Part shown: positions 37,192-47,775 of the stretch, in pieces
How positions within the stretch are numbered: the first letter of the stretch is position 1
How the letters are laid out: each line of letters opens with the position of its first letter
Source of the DNA: a virus
Lineage: Duplodnaviria; Heunggongvirae; Uroviricota; Caudoviricetes
Reading direction: 5' to 3' (one strand)
DNA: 64,000 nt
IMG/VR virus record: IMGVR_UViG_2529292920_000018
Coordinates: 1-64,000 of that record
Program-made: the position numbers and the translations under genes
The notes under the pieces: model-generated
The model's database searches: none
What the model was told of the DNA's origin: nothing
The model's input: only the letters and a program-made list of their open reading frames with translations

Positions 37192-39639
37192 TTAACCGTC
37201 ATGCATCATGCTGGCACGGGCGCGCGCACGTTTATCCCGCTCGTATTTTTCGAGCGCATCCTGTAACTGGCGGTCGAGCTGTGTCCCCGGCGCAGTACCA
37301 CCCGTCAGGCTGATGTGATATTCGTTTTTACTCTGGTCTACATAAGAGCGGCCAGCCGGTGCCGTGACCGGCTGATAAGCCTGATAACCTGCATAAGAGC
37401 TGGTCGCCGGAATATAACCACCGCTGCCATACGTGGCGGCTTGAGTTCTGGCGGCGGTCTGGTCAAGTGTGTCTGACTCTTTGTTGATAACACCGAGTTT
37501 TTCCAGTACCCAGTCAATACCACTGCGCAGTTTGTTGAACGCATTAAGCGGCAGCATCAGCGCGTCAGCCAGTGCCTGCCCAAACATGACGCCCGTGTCA
37601 CGGCAACGGTTCAGGGTGTCCTGGGTGGCTTTGACCGGGGCAATCAGGTTTTTAAACCACTGCCACGCGGCCTGTAACTTTTCACCCAGCCAGTCAAACA
37701 CCGGTTTAAGTGGCGTGAACAGTTCCCCCACCGGCGCAAATGCCGCTTTCAGCCCTTCCACCACACCGCCAAAGAATGCGCTGACAGGCTCCCAGTATTT
37801 ACGGATAAGCAACGCCCCGGCGACAATTGCAGCCACCACGGCCACAACCGGCCAGCTAATCGCCCCGATGGCGGTTATAACAGCACTGCCAACCGTCGTG
37901 AAGATTGCCCCCATTGCGCCTGCTGCCGCGATGATGGCATTGATGCCGGTGATAACCGGCCAGGCTACGAGGCCAATGGCACCGATGACACCAATCAGTG
38001 CCAGTGCACCACCGACAATGATGCCGATGGTTGACGCCAGTGATTTGTTTTTCTGGATCCAGCCGTCGAGTTTTAACACATACTTTGTGGCCGTCTGCGT
38101 GAGATTACGCAGTGCGCCTTCCTGCTGGTCAAACAGGTCAGTCCCCACCGCCTCATAAGCGGACTGAAACTCCTTAAAGTCACCGCCGAGGTTGTCCTGC
38201 ATGATATTTACCAGCTCTGCGGTCTTCCCGTCTGAGGCTTTAAACGCAGCGGTCAGTTTGTCCAGCTTTCCGGTTGAGGCGGCAGTCATCAGCACAGCGG
38301 CGGCTGAGCTGGCCTCCTCCCCGAAAATGGTTTTCATGTATTCAGCCTGCTGGGCAGTACCGAGCCGGTTTTTCTCAAAACTGGCCTGCATTTCTTTCAG
38401 AATGGTAAATATTGGCCGGGTGTTTCCCTTGCTGTCTGAGGTTTTCACTCCAAGCTCTTTGAGTGCATCCCATGCTTTTCCCGTCGGTGCCTGCAGGCGG
38501 CTTAACACGGCACGGCTTCCCGTCCCCGCCATTGAGCCTGTGATTTTTGCATCATGCAGCGCCCCGACCATTGCGGCAGTTTCTTCAATGCTGACACCGG
38601 CATTTTTTGCCACAGGTGCGGCATAGGTCAGCGCATCGCTCATGCCGTCAAAATCGGCGGCGGTTTTGTTCATCGTCATGGAGAGAACATCCCCGATATG
38701 AGCGACCTTATCGTTTGAAAGCTGAAAGGCGGATTTCATCCCCATCAGCAGGGCGGCGTTTTCTTCCATCGTGCGGCGGTTCGCCAGCGCCATATTCAGC
38801 GTGACCGGCGTTGCCGCCTGAATGGCATCAACATCCCCACCCGCTTTCGCGATGATTATCTGTGCACCGGCCGCATCATCCGCCGAGGCGGCGGTATTGT
38901 CGCCGAGCTGGCGCGCCTGTTTGCGTAGTGCGGTCATTTCGGCGGAGTCTTTTGCCACTCCGAGCACGGCCTGCAATTCTGAGTTTTTCTGCGCAAACTC
39001 ATAACCGGGCATCAGCAACTTAACTCCGGTCATCGTTCCCGCCGCCGCAATCCCCACACCGGCAGCGCCTACTGAGGCCATATTTCCGGCCAGTTCCTTT
39101 CCGGCCTGATAACGCTGTTTGACTGCGTTAAGTTTTGCCTGTTGCGCACTGACACGCGCCAGCGCGTCGCGCTGACGGTTAAGCTGTGCGGTGGTTTCAC
39201 TGATACGGTTTTTCAGTCCCTGCTCATCATGTGCAAGATTGCGGGTATTAATTCCCACAGCGGCCAGTTCCCGCTGCTGGCGTTTAACGGAATCTGTCAG
39301 GCGGTTATATTTCGCCTGTAAGTCCTCCGCCGCACGCTTTGCGGATTCCAGCACTTTCGCCTGACCACGGGTCGGACGTTCGGTGTTTTTAAACTGTGTG
39401 GCAAGGGCTTCGGCCTCCTGCCGTGCCTTTTCAAGTGCATGACCAGTCACGGCGAGCTGTGCACTGGTCTTGCGGAATCCCTCAATACGGGATGCCTGAC
39501 CGTTCAGCTCGCGCAGTGATTTTTGTGTTTCCCGGATATCCCCCGACAGCGATTTGCTCGCTGTGCGGATGGATTTAAACGGACGGGATGCCTGGTCAAC
39601 AGCCCTGAGCAATACCTGTAATTTTACATTGTTACTCAT
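37192..39639 (-). CDS. T: Tail tape measure protein (gpT-like)
   Basis: 815 aa; follows the E/E' chaperone. Confidence 0.85.
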   Translation of the reverse strand: MSNNVKLQVLLRAVDQASRPFKSIRTASKSLSGDIRETQKSLRELNGQASRIEGFRKTSAQLAVTGHALEKARQEAEALATQFKNTERPTRGQAKVLESAKRAAEDLQAKYNRLTDSVKRQQRELAAVGINTRNLAHDEQGLKNRISETTAQLNRQRDALARVSAQQAKLNAVKQRYQAGKELAGNMASVGAAGVGIAAAGTMTGVKLLMPGYEFAQKNSELQAVLGVAKDSAEMTALRKQARQLGDNTAASADDAAGAQIIIAKAGGDVDAIQAATPVTLNMALANRRTMEENAALLMGMKSAFQLSNDKVAHIGDVLSMTMNKTAADFDGMSDALTYAAPVAKNAGVSIEETAAMVGALHDAKITGSMAGTGSRAVLSRLQAPTGKAWDALKELGVKTSDSKGNTRPIFTILKEMQASFEKNRLGTAQQAEYMKTIFGEEASSAAAVLMTAASTGKLDKLTAAFKASDGKTAELVNIMQDNLGGDFKEFQSAYEAVGTDLFDQQEGALRNLTQTATKYVLKLDGWIQKNKSLASTIGIIVGGALALIGVIGAIGLVAWPVITGINAIIAAAGAMGAIFTTVGSAVITAIGAISWPVVAVVAAIVAGALLIRKYWEPVSAFFGGVVEGLKAAFAPVGELFTPLKPVFDWLGEKLQAAWQWFKNLIAPVKATQDTLNRCRDTGVMFGQALADALMLPLNAFNKLRSGIDWVLEKLGVINKESDTLDQTAARTQAATYGSGGYIPATSSYAGYQAYQPVTAPAGRSYVDQSKNEYHISLTGGTAPGTQLDRQLQDALEKYERDKRARARASMMHDG

Positions 39640-40059
39640 TCGTGTTTCCGCTTCGCCGGAGCGCCTTTTCGTGCCATGTGATGAGTTCGGTCAGGCTCAT
39701 GGGATACAGTTCTGATGGCGGCCAGTGAAATATCACTGCCACATCCGCCATCAGGTCATCGACCGAGAGATTTTTCGGAAACGTCACTGCACCGAGTTCG
39801 GCGACAAAAAACCGACCACCTTACCGGCCAGCGCCACAAGGTCAGGCAGTTCCAGCGCGGCGACTTCCTGCTCGGTCAGCATCGGTGCCGTCATGCGCGG
39901 CAGCACTTTAATCAGTGCATCGACTTCGGAGTTCGCGACTGCAGCCAGACTGACACCGCGCAGCGTCCCGGCATTGGGTTTCATCAGCGTGACCTGTTCG
40001 ATAACCTGCTCACCACGTTTGACCGGATTGTCCAGGGTAATGACGTTTTCTTTGTTCAT
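39632..40059 (-). CDS. E: Tail assembly chaperone E and E+E' (programmed -1 frameshift)
   Basis: E is ORF 39784-40059; slippery T7G (ggttttttg) at 39805-39813; the -1 frame runs to a stop at 39632 overlapping the T start. Confidence 0.7.
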
Positions 40060-40115
40060 GGTTTTCTCACTTCTGAATCGGGGTTAACCGGTCAGCCAGG
40101 CTGACCGGATGAAAA

Positions 40116-40634
40116 TCACAGGCCGATATTGCGGCGGTGTTGCTCCAGCCGGTCGACGCCGTTCACCTTCTCAATCATGTTGATGGTGTCGATTTCGACC
40201 AGCTCCTTACCGTCTATCGTCAGCCGGAAATAGGTGCAGACCACGGAGATTTTCGACTCGGTGTCTTCTCCCTGTTTACCCTCGCCGGTGTCGATTTCTT
40301 TCTGACGTCCACGCATGACCACTTCAACGGCCACCGTTTCGCCGGTATCGTCACGCTGGTAAGAGCCTGCAAAACGAATCGGCACAGCATCCACACCGGT
40401 TGCGGCGTAAAGCTCCCAGATAACCGAATCCGGGAAACCACCGAGCGACCACTCCATTGACAGCGCATCGTCATCAAGGCCGAGGTCTACCGGTGCGCTG
40501 CCGTTCATCCCCGCACCGCGATAGTTTTCGAGCTTACGGGTCAGTTTTGGCAGCGTGACGGACTTCGCGACGCCCTGATAGCTGTAGCCGTTCAGAAAGA
40601 CGTTCATTAACTTGAGTTTGCGCGGCATTGCCAT
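40116..40634 (-). CDS. FII: Tail tube protein (FII-like)
   Basis: 172 aa; P2 order. Confidence 0.85.
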   Translation of the reverse strand: MAMPRKLKLMNVFLNGYSYQGVAKSVTLPKLTRKLENYRGAGMNGSAPVDLGLDDDALSMEWSLGGFPDSVIWELYAATGVDAVPIRFAGSYQRDDTGETVAVEVVMRGRQKEIDTGEGKQGEDTESKISVVCTYFRLTIDGKELVEIDTINMIEKVNGVDRLEQHRRNIGL

Positions 40635-40646
40635 CGGTCAGGCTCC

Positions 40647-41837
40647 TTAATTGCTGTTAACCGAGGTGACCAGATTTGCCAGGTATTTATCAGTAATACG
40701 CTGGCGCAGGGTCAGGTTTTCAAGAGGAGGCACCGGTGTATAGTCGTAGTCGATATACAGTTTTCCGGCCTTGAGGGTTTCCGCATCGTTGGATTCTTCG
40801 CTGAACCAGCAGGTCGCATCCACGATATAGCCGTTTGTTTTCAGCTCACGGAATTTGGCATTGATGCCGTCAACGATGTCGCGAATCAGCGTTGCGGTGA
40901 TGGGCTTGTCCACCGCCCACATGTGCGCCTCAGCCATCGTGTCGGCCAGCACCTGCGCGGTGCGGGTGTAGTTTTCAAAGAGGAACAGCGGGTCATCAGA
41001 GCAGGTACGGTTACCCCAGAATCGGAAACCGTCGCGGCGAATCAGCGTAGTGACACCTGACTCGTTAAGCAGGTCAGCATCGGTGCCGGACTCCTGCAAA
41101 TCCCAGAATACAGATGCGCTGATGCCGGTAACACCGTTTACCCCGACGTTGGACAGCGTTTTATGCCAGCCCTGCTCCTGGTCGATTTTAGCGCGCAGAC
41201 CCAGCGCACGGGCGGTGGCATACGCGGTGGCGGTGGTACTGGTGACCGTATCCCATGCGAGGAAATCCGGCCAGATGACCATCAGCTCACGCTGGCTGAA
41301 ATTCTGGCGGTAGGCTTTCACCTCGGAAATGGTCTTACAGCCCCATGCGCTGATATATCCGAAAGCACGCAGCTTCTGACAGACTGATGCCAGTGCAACA
41401 GCCACCTCTTTGGTATCCAGTCCCGGCACGCCGAGAATACGCGGTTTAACACCGGTTACCGACTCCGCCGCCAGCAGGGCTTTCAGTCCGGTGTACTGAC
41501 CGTTTTCGTCGGTGGTGCCGATGATATTGGAAACGGTCTGCGCGAGTTTCGTTTCCTCGTCGTCGCCGGTGCCGTCTTCCACACGTACGACAACGGTGAC
41601 CGGTTTTGACTGGTCGGCGATGGCCTGCAACGATGCCGCCAGCGTGCCTTTTTTACCGGCCTTTGCAATTGCACTCTGCACATTGGTAATCAGCACCGGT
41701 TTATTGAGGGGGAAGGTTTCCGCATCCGCATCGCTGGCCGTGCAGACCATGCCGACAATGGCAGTGGATACGGTGGAAATGACGCGGGTGCCGTCGTTAA
41801 TCTCCAGCACCTGCACGCCGTGATGATAGTCACTCAT
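40647..41837 (-). CDS. FI: Tail sheath protein (FI-like)
   Basis: 396 aa; P2 order. Confidence 0.85.
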   Translation of the reverse strand: MSDYHHGVQVLEINDGTRVISTVSTAIVGMVCTASDADAETFPLNKPVLITNVQSAIAKAGKKGTLAASLQAIADQSKPVTVVVRVEDGTGDDEETKLAQTVSNIIGTTDENGQYTGLKALLAAESVTGVKPRILGVPGLDTKEVAVALASVCQKLRAFGYISAWGCKTISEVKAYRQNFSQRELMVIWPDFLAWDTVTSTTATAYATARALGLRAKIDQEQGWHKTLSNVGVNGVTGISASVFWDLQESGTDADLLNESGVTTLIRRDGFRFWGNRTCSDDPLFLFENYTRTAQVLADTMAEAHMWAVDKPITATLIRDIVDGINAKFRELKTNGYIVDATCWFSEESNDAETLKAGKLYIDYDYTPVPPLENLTLRQRITDKYLANLVTSVNSN

Positions 41838-41896
41838 CCGTTTAACTCCGTGGTTAATGGGTGAGTGGTATTTTCAGTTGTGCCGGAGATGTCAGG

Positions 41897-42496
41897 CTAT
41901 TTGTCCCGGTTGGCTAAGGGATGACACAATTTATTCTTTGTCGCTGATGAGGGAAATTTTTTATAGAGCGTGGACAGGCCAATATCAAAAATCAGTGCCA
42001 CGCGTTGACGTGACTCCCCTGCAGCCAGCAAACGCCCGGCCTGCTCCCACTCACTCGCGGTGAGTTTCGGTCGTCTGCCACCAATACGACCTTTGGCTCT
42101 GGCCGCTTCCAGTCCGGCGCGTGTCCGCTCGACAATGAGTTCTCGCTCCATTTCAGCCAGGGCACCCATCACATGAAAGAAAAAACGCCCCATCGGTGTG
42201 CTGGTATCAATAGCATCCGTCAGGCTGCGAAAATTAACGCCGCGTTCGCGCAGTTCCTCAACCAGAATGACCAGATGCCGCATACTACGCCCCAGCCGGT
42301 CCAGCTTCCAGACCACCAGTGTATCCCCCTCCGATAATGTCCTGAGCAGTTTTTTCAGTCCCGGTCGGTCGGACTTCGTGCCGCTGATTTTATCCTCAAA
42401 AATCAGCTCACATCCTGCGCACTCCAGCGCGTTACGCTGCAATTCCGTATTCTGGTCATTTGTTGACACGCGTACATAGCCAATAAGCATGAGCAT
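41897..42496 (-). CDS. Serine DNA invertase (Gin/Pin/Hin/Cin family)
   Basis: N-terminal catalytic motif IGYVRVSTNDQ and C-terminal HTH; adjacent to the invertible fibre segment. Confidence 0.9.
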   Translation of the reverse strand: MLMLIGYVRVSTNDQNTELQRNALECAGCELIFEDKISGTKSDRPGLKKLLRTLSEGDTLVVWKLDRLGRSMRHLVILVEELRERGVNFRSLTDAIDTSTPMGRFFFHVMGALAEMERELIVERTRAGLEAARAKGRIGGRRPKLTASEWEQAGRLLAAGESRQRVALIFDIGLSTLYKKFPSSATKNKLCHPLANRDK

Positions 42497-42547
42497 CCCC
42501 CTGAATAAAAACCGGAGATGATGCCAGTTAGCCGTAATCTCTGCATT

Positions 42548-42573
42548 TTCTTAAACGTTGGTTTGGGAGAAGG
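42548..42573. other. Din-family invertase crossover site, left boundary of P2-type invertible segment
   Basis: ttcttaaacgttggtttgggagaagg; core is the inverted copy of the site at 44441-44468. Confidence 0.55.
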
Positions 42574-43090
42574 TGCTCCAGCTATTGGCGTTCCGTTCTT
42601 CTGGCCGTCCGCAGCAATGCCAGATACCGTAATCGATAGCTGGTCCAGCATGGTGTTTTTGAAGTTCAACGGCGCGAAATTCTCTGCCACTGATTACCCT
42701 GTGCTGGCGAAAGTGTTTCCGGCGCTGGCATTACCTGACGCACGCGGTGATTTCATTCGTATCTGGGATGACGGGCGCGGGATTGATGTCGGACGTACCC
42801 TACTTTCAGGGCAATCACACACAATTATGGATCATGCGCACAATATGGAATTGTGGACGGGGGACGGGCTTGCCGCAGGAAGTGCACGGGAAGGAGTAAA
42901 CCCAGGAATACTGGCTACATATGGTGACGGGGGAATAGTTAAAACGGACGAACCCGGTCTTAGGGTGCCTTCCTCACTACGAGCTCTTAGCTCTCGTAGT
43001 GTTAAACGTTATGGTGAAATTAGTGGAAATGTAGGTACAGAAACCCGTCCACGAAATATTGCATTTAACTTTCTGGTGAGGGCTAAATAA
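42553..43090 (+). CDS. Alternative tail-fibre C-terminal segment, silent in this orientation
   Basis: Begins at the LGLGE crossover; contains DDGRGID and ends ETRPRNIAFNFLVRAK, like the Mu-like fibre tips. Confidence 0.65.
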
Positions 43091-43683
43091 TGAAACCTGT
43101 TTTTGATGAAAATGGGCTGGCTACAGTACCGGGTAATATGCGTTGTTTTTATTATGATGCTGAAACATCTGAGTATACGGGCTGGTCTGATGAATATATT
43201 AATACTGGTGTAAGTATGCCCGACTGTTCCACTGGTATTGACCCTGGCGAATACATTCCGGGGAAAGTGGCAGTATTTACGGGTAAGGGATGGAGCCATG
43301 AAGAAGACCACCGCAATGAGACTGTTTACTCAATCGAAAATGGCGCAGCTGTTACAGTGGATTATATCGGTGCCATCAAAGACGGTTATGTCACGCTTTC
43401 ACCGTTAACGCCATACGATAAATGGGATGGTGAGAAATGGGTGACGGATACCGAGGCACAGCATAGCGCCGCACTAGACGCGGCAGAAGTAAAGCGCCAG
43501 TCGCTGATTGATGCTGCAATGGCTTCCATCAGTCTGATTCAACTGAAATTACAGGCCGGGCGGAAGCTGACGCAGCCAGAAAACACCCGACTTAACGCTG
43601 TGCTGGATTATATTGACGCGGTGACGGCAACAGATACCAGCACCGCACCGGATGTCATCTGGCCTGAACTGCCGGAGGCGTAG
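43090..43683 (+). CDS. Tail fibre assembly protein (TfaE-like), partner of the alternative fibre tip
   Basis: 197 aa; C-terminus TSTAPDVIWPELP. Confidence 0.8.
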   Translation: MKPVFDENGLATVPGNMRCFYYDAETSEYTGWSDEYINTGVSMPDCSTGIDPGEYIPGKVAVFTGKGWSHEEDHRNETVYSIENGAAVTVDYIGAIKDGYVTLSPLTPYDKWDGEKWVTDTEAQHSAALDAAEVKRQSLIDAAMASISLIQLKLQAGRKLTQPENTRLNAVLDYIDAVTATDTSTAPDVIWPELPEA

Positions 43684-44095
43684 GCCATTCAATATCTGGC
43701 GCACCGGAAGTATCGACCAGTTCCAGTGCGTCCAGATAATCCAGCCACAAATTATATTGCACCAGTTCCTCACCTTTCAGGCGACCAATCGCCGCTTTAC
43801 CAGGCCATTGCTTACTGTTTATGTATTCGTTGACCTGATTAATCAATTGCTGCTTTTTCAGTTCGGCTGCGGCAATTTGTTCCTCATGAGTTGGCGGTGG
43901 AATATCAATCCATGCAGGCATTCCGTCGATGACACCTCTGTATTTTCCTTCTGGTGCTTCCTTCATAAATTCGGCAGCAACAGTGTCGTCAATTTCGATT
44001 CCATCATCGGGCCATTCGCCGGATTCCTGATAAGCGATTTTAAGCTCCACAGGGAAAAACGCATTTTTATCGGCACTGAAAATATATTTCTGCAT
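43655..44095 (-). CDS. G: Tail fibre assembly protein (gpG-like), partner of the expressed fibre tip
   Basis: 146 aa; C-terminus TSGAPDIEWPTPP; immediately after the H-like gene. Confidence 0.75.
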   Translation of the reverse strand: MQKYIFSADKNAFFPVELKIAYQESGEWPDDGIEIDDTVAAEFMKEAPEGKYRGVIDGMPAWIDIPPPTHEEQIAAAELKKQQLINQVNEYINSKQWPGKAAIGRLKGEELVQYNLWLDYLDALELVDTSGAPDIEWPTPPAVQAR

Positions 44096-44097
44096 TT

Positions 44098-45282
44098 CTA
44101 CCGTCCTATCGAAATATAACTGAATCTGTATTGCTGTGAGATATCACTGGTTGCCACACGCCACGCTGAATTACTGATATGTTCAAAATTTACAGACAAA
44201 ACCTGCGGGGCAGGAATCGACGGGTCTGACTGAACGGCATCAGACATAACACTGACTGAAACCATCGGCTGATTAGGGAATGGTATAGGGAAGTGTCCAC
44301 TGATAAAGCGGGTCGTGTTTCCTGCAAAAGTGCCAAACTGAACAATATATCCACCTGGTAGCCTGAACCATCCCGAACCAGAAGCGAATGCTCCCATATC
44401 CGGTATCTGATTATCTCCTGTGCCCACATTCCGTTTTGCCGCTTCTCCCAAACCAAGGTATGCGAGAAGACCGGCAACATCCTTTCCACTCAAATGAGTC
44501 AGCGTATTGTCCAGCGGTTGTTTACCTGCCAGCGCATTGTTAATGGTAGTGCTGAATTTCGGGTCATTGTTAATGGCCGCGGCAATTTCTTTCAGTGTGT
44601 CCAGCGTGGCTGGCGCGCCGTTAATCAGAGCGGTAATAGCAGCCTGAACAAACTCAGTGGTCGCAATCCGCGTGGTGTTATTTCCTGCGGCAGGCGTCGG
44701 CGCTTTTGGTTCTCCGGTAAATGTCGGATTATGTTTCTGTGCATACTGGGTATGAGGATCCTGTGCGGCAATGTGGTTTCTCATCTGGTCATCCACATAC
44801 AGCTTTAATTCCAGGACTTTATCATCCACGTATTTACGGGTCGCCAGTACCACCGACGGGTCGATTTTCAGCGTGATGGCTTCGGTATTCGTGACAACCA
44901 GAATCATGCGGATAGTCTGGGTACGACCACTGCCTTCCTGCAACTGCGGTTTGTACGTTTCCGGGCAGTTCGCCACCGCAATGAGTACGCCTTCATCATC
45001 ATAAAGCCCAATCTCACGGATCCAGAATCCGCCCTCGTTCTCAGGGATGATTTGCTCCGCAATAATCTGGCTCTGGTTGTTCGGGTCAACACTCAGAAGA
45101 TTCAGCGGCGCGATGCGTTTCTGGTTAATCAGTTTTGTCTGTGCCGGGTCTGGTGTCGGCAAGACACCATTCGCATCACCAACGGCCATTTGCGTCAGAT
45201 TCAGCTTACTGCCGAGCATCGTCGCGTTAGCCAGCCGTGCTGCGCCCTGATTAGTCAGAATGGCGTAGTATTTCACTGTCAT
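44098..45282 (-). CDS. H: Tail fibre protein (gpH-like) with invertible C-terminus
   Basis: 394 aa; conserved H-like N-terminus; crossover site at codons LAYLGLGE. Confidence 0.85.
   Translation of the reverse strand: MTVKYYAILTNQGAARLANATMLGSKLNLTQMAVGDANGVLPTPDPAQTKLINQKRIAPLNLLSVDPNNQSQIIAEQIIPENEGGFWIREIGLYDDEGVLIAVANCPETYKPQLQEGSGRTQTIRMILVVTNTEAITLKIDPSVVLATRKYVDDKVLELKLYVDDQMRNHIAAQDPHTQYAQKHNPTFTGEPKAPTPAAGNNTTRIATTEFVQAAITALINGAPATLDTLKEIAAAINNDPKFSTTINNALAGKQPLDNTLTHLSGKDVAGLLAYLGLGEAAKRNVGTGDNQIPDMGAFASGSGWFRLPGGYIVQFGTFAGNTTRFISGHFPIPFPNQPMVSVSVMSDAVQSDPSIPAPQVLSVNFEHISNSAWRVATSDISQQYRFSYISIGR
44441..44468. other. Din-family invertase crossover site, right boundary of P2-type invertible segment
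   Basis: gcttctcccaaaccaaggtatgcgagaa; reverse complement shares core ttggtttgggagaag with site 42548-42573. Confidence 0.55.
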
Positions 45283-45890
45283 GCGTTTACTCTCAGGTTA
45301 TCAATTAAATGAATGGCCGAGGCCGGGAAATAATCCCCTCCGACAATAATGGCCTCCGGGGTGTAGGGATAAACCGTCAGGGCGTCGCCGTGATAGCATC
45401 CCGCACCGGCAAAAATGTTGCCGTTTGTACTTAAACTGATAGCCAGTCCCGTCAGATGGCGGCTTGCCGGTTTTGCATCAGCAACGAGGCGCTCCAGCTC
45501 CTGATACATTTCTTCGGTAATACCCTGCTCAAGCACGCCAACAACGATACGGAACGTCCCCGGCTCCTCGTTGAGCTGCCACCACTCCCTTACCTCAATC
45601 AGATAGCCGAGCGGCTCCACCACACGCCGGATTGCGCCTATAGTGCCCTTATGGCAGTGAATGAAATACGCATCGCGGATAACAGCGCGTTTTGTCGCTT
45701 CCGGCCACTTATCATCCCAGCGGTCAACCGAAAATGACCACGCCAGCCACGGCAGCAGATTTGCCGGGCAGGTGTCCGGGTTCCACAGTTCACGAATACT
45801 GACCGGTGTTTTTTCAATTTCCGCACAGGCTTTTGCGGCGGCAACTTCAAGCGGTGATGAGCCGGTCGGCAGCAGTCGCGAATCACTCAT
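45279..45890 (-). CDS. I: Tail protein gpI-like
   Basis: 203 aa; P2 order. Confidence 0.75.
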   Translation of the reverse strand: MSDSRLLPTGSSPLEVAAAKACAEIEKTPVSIRELWNPDTCPANLLPWLAWSFSVDRWDDKWPEATKRAVIRDAYFIHCHKGTIGAIRRVVEPLGYLIEVREWWQLNEEPGTFRIVVGVLEQGITEEMYQELERLVADAKPASRHLTGLAISLSTNGNIFAGAGCYHGDALTVYPYTPEAIIVGGDYFPASAIHLIDNLRVNA

Positions 45891-46791
45891 CCGAGCCTCC
45901 GGTCACGACGCGGTATTCGGTACAGAAAGACGCCTGCGTACTGTTGAGCACGATGTCGGCCAGTGGTGCTGCCAGCTCGACACGCTGCACGCCTTCCACA
46001 TGCAAAGCGGCATAAATGGCAGACAGACGGATGTCGCGCCCCAGCCGGTGCTGTGCCGTGATGTACGCTTCCAGCTTTTTCACGGCGGCGGCGCGAATGG
46101 GTTCGCTTTCGGGACCAGGGTAAAGATACAGCGTGGCGTTTATCTGGTATTCAACGATGGCGGCAGACTGCACGGTCACGCGGTCGGCCACCGGCCTGAC
46201 GTCCTCGCCATTAAGGGCGTTACGCACCACGGCCAGCAGGTCTTCGGATGCGACGCCGTTATTTTCACGTGACAGCACGGAGATGGTGACGCAGGCCGGA
46301 GACGGACTGGTGACAGAGATATCCGCGACACGCCCGTCAGCACTGCGACCATGATACTGATAGGCCCCCACCGACCCGGCGACGCTTAAGCCCTCAAACG
46401 CCTGCTGAATACGCAGACGATAATCGGTGTCAGACTCCATCACTGCCGGTGTCGGCGGGATAGTCGAATCATCTGCCGGGGTGATAATCAGGCGCGTGGT
46501 GTTGTAATTGGCACCAATCACATCAAGGTCATTACCGGCGGCACAAGCCAGCATCACCGCCCGTGCGGCCTCATTCACACGCTGACGCCAGATAAGCTCA
46601 CGATAAGCATTTTCCTCCAGCAGTTTGACGAGAGGCTCAGATTCCAGCGTCAGGGTACGGGCGACCGCCTCCTGCTGGTCTTCCGGGTAAAGGGAAATCA
46701 GTGTCGCCTTGCGTTCGGCAAGAATGGTTTCAAAGTCCAGCTCCTCGACCACATCCGGTGCGGGTAGCTGGTTCAGGTCGATAATCGGCAT
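45883..46791 (-). CDS. J: Baseplate protein gpJ-like
   Basis: 302 aa; P2 order. Confidence 0.85.
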   Translation of the reverse strand: MPIIDLNQLPAPDVVEELDFETILAERKATLISLYPEDQQEAVARTLTLESEPLVKLLEENAYRELIWRQRVNEAARAVMLACAAGNDLDVIGANYNTTRLIITPADDSTIPPTPAVMESDTDYRLRIQQAFEGLSVAGSVGAYQYHGRSADGRVADISVTSPSPACVTISVLSRENNGVASEDLLAVVRNALNGEDVRPVADRVTVQSAAIVEYQINATLYLYPGPESEPIRAAAVKKLEAYITAQHRLGRDIRLSAIYAALHVEGVQRVELAAPLADIVLNSTQASFCTEYRVVTGGSDE

Positions 46792-46795
46792 GGTT

Positions 46796-47143
46796 TCAAC
46801 TCACAGGGATGATTAACGAAAGTAGCTGGCCGGTGTCGTTGTGCTGACCGGTTAACGTGACCGTCATTCGCCCGTCAAAACTGCGCGCCGTGGTGACGGA
46901 TGACAGGGTGACGCGGGGTTCCCATTTCAGCACTGCCATGTAACAGGCGACCTTAATCTGCAACTCAAGCGCCGGAGTCTGCGGCTGGTCAATCATTGAC
47001 GCCAGCAACGAGCCGTAATCACGACGCATCACCCGTGAGCCGACCGGTGTGCGCAGGATATCGCCGATACTCTGGCTGATATGCTCAAGGTCAGTGACCG
47101 TCAGGCCATCACTGCGATTCATTCCGAGATAACGCGCTGTCAT
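46796..47143 (-). CDS. W: Baseplate protein gpW-like
   Basis: 115 aa; P2 order. Confidence 0.8.
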   Translation of the reverse strand: MTARYLGMNRSDGLTVTDLEHISQSIGDILRTPVGSRVMRRDYGSLLASMIDQPQTPALELQIKVACYMAVLKWEPRVTLSSVTTARSFDGRMTVTLTGQHNDTGQLLSLIIPVS

Positions 47144-47775
47144 AAAGGACTCCCGGTTGTGCCGCCGCTGTCGCCGGGGTGTTTGTGGGTATGCAGTACC
47201 TTACCGTTTGATGAGAGTTCACCGCCGGTGTGTTCAATGTTGCCGCGCATCGTCCCGCCCTTCTGCACTTCCAGCGTGCCGGTAGTCAGTTTGTTAGTGC
47301 AGACCACTTCCGGTGTGTCCAGGGTGACACGGGTTGACGCTTTCACCATGACCACCGGTACCGTGGCAGTAACAGAATCAGAAGCCGTCACGCTGGCCGT
47401 TTTAATTCCGCTTACCGTGAGTGCACTGGTTTCGGGTTCATACTCAATCACCGCCCCGTCAGGGAAACGGATATGCAGGGCATCCGCCGACGCAGACGGC
47501 GCGCGGTTATCGCCGGAATAAATCCCCGGCAGAACGAACGCCGTGTCGAGTTCACCGCCCACGGCCAGAATCAGCACCTGTTCCCCCACGGAAGGTGCCC
47601 ACCATGTGCGCGAACGTCCGGCGCGATGGGTCAGCCACTGAAGCCAGTCGGTGCACATGCCGCCGGTCTGCACACGGCAGCGACCGGCGTTAAGGTCGGT
47701 TTCGACGATAATGCCGGTGCGGATCATGTTGCGCAGTGCGCGCGCGAGTTCCTGAATATTTGCGAGAGTGTTCAT
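47140..47775 (-). CDS. V: Baseplate spike gpV-like
   Basis: 211 aa; P2 order. Confidence 0.8.
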   Translation of the reverse strand: MNTLANIQELARALRNMIRTGIIVETDLNAGRCRVQTGGMCTDWLQWLTHRAGRSRTWWAPSVGEQVLILAVGGELDTAFVLPGIYSGDNRAPSASADALHIRFPDGAVIEYEPETSALTVSGIKTASVTASDSVTATVPVVMVKASTRVTLDTPEVVCTNKLTTGTLEVQKGGTMRGNIEHTGGELSSNGKVLHTHKHPGDSGGTTGSPL

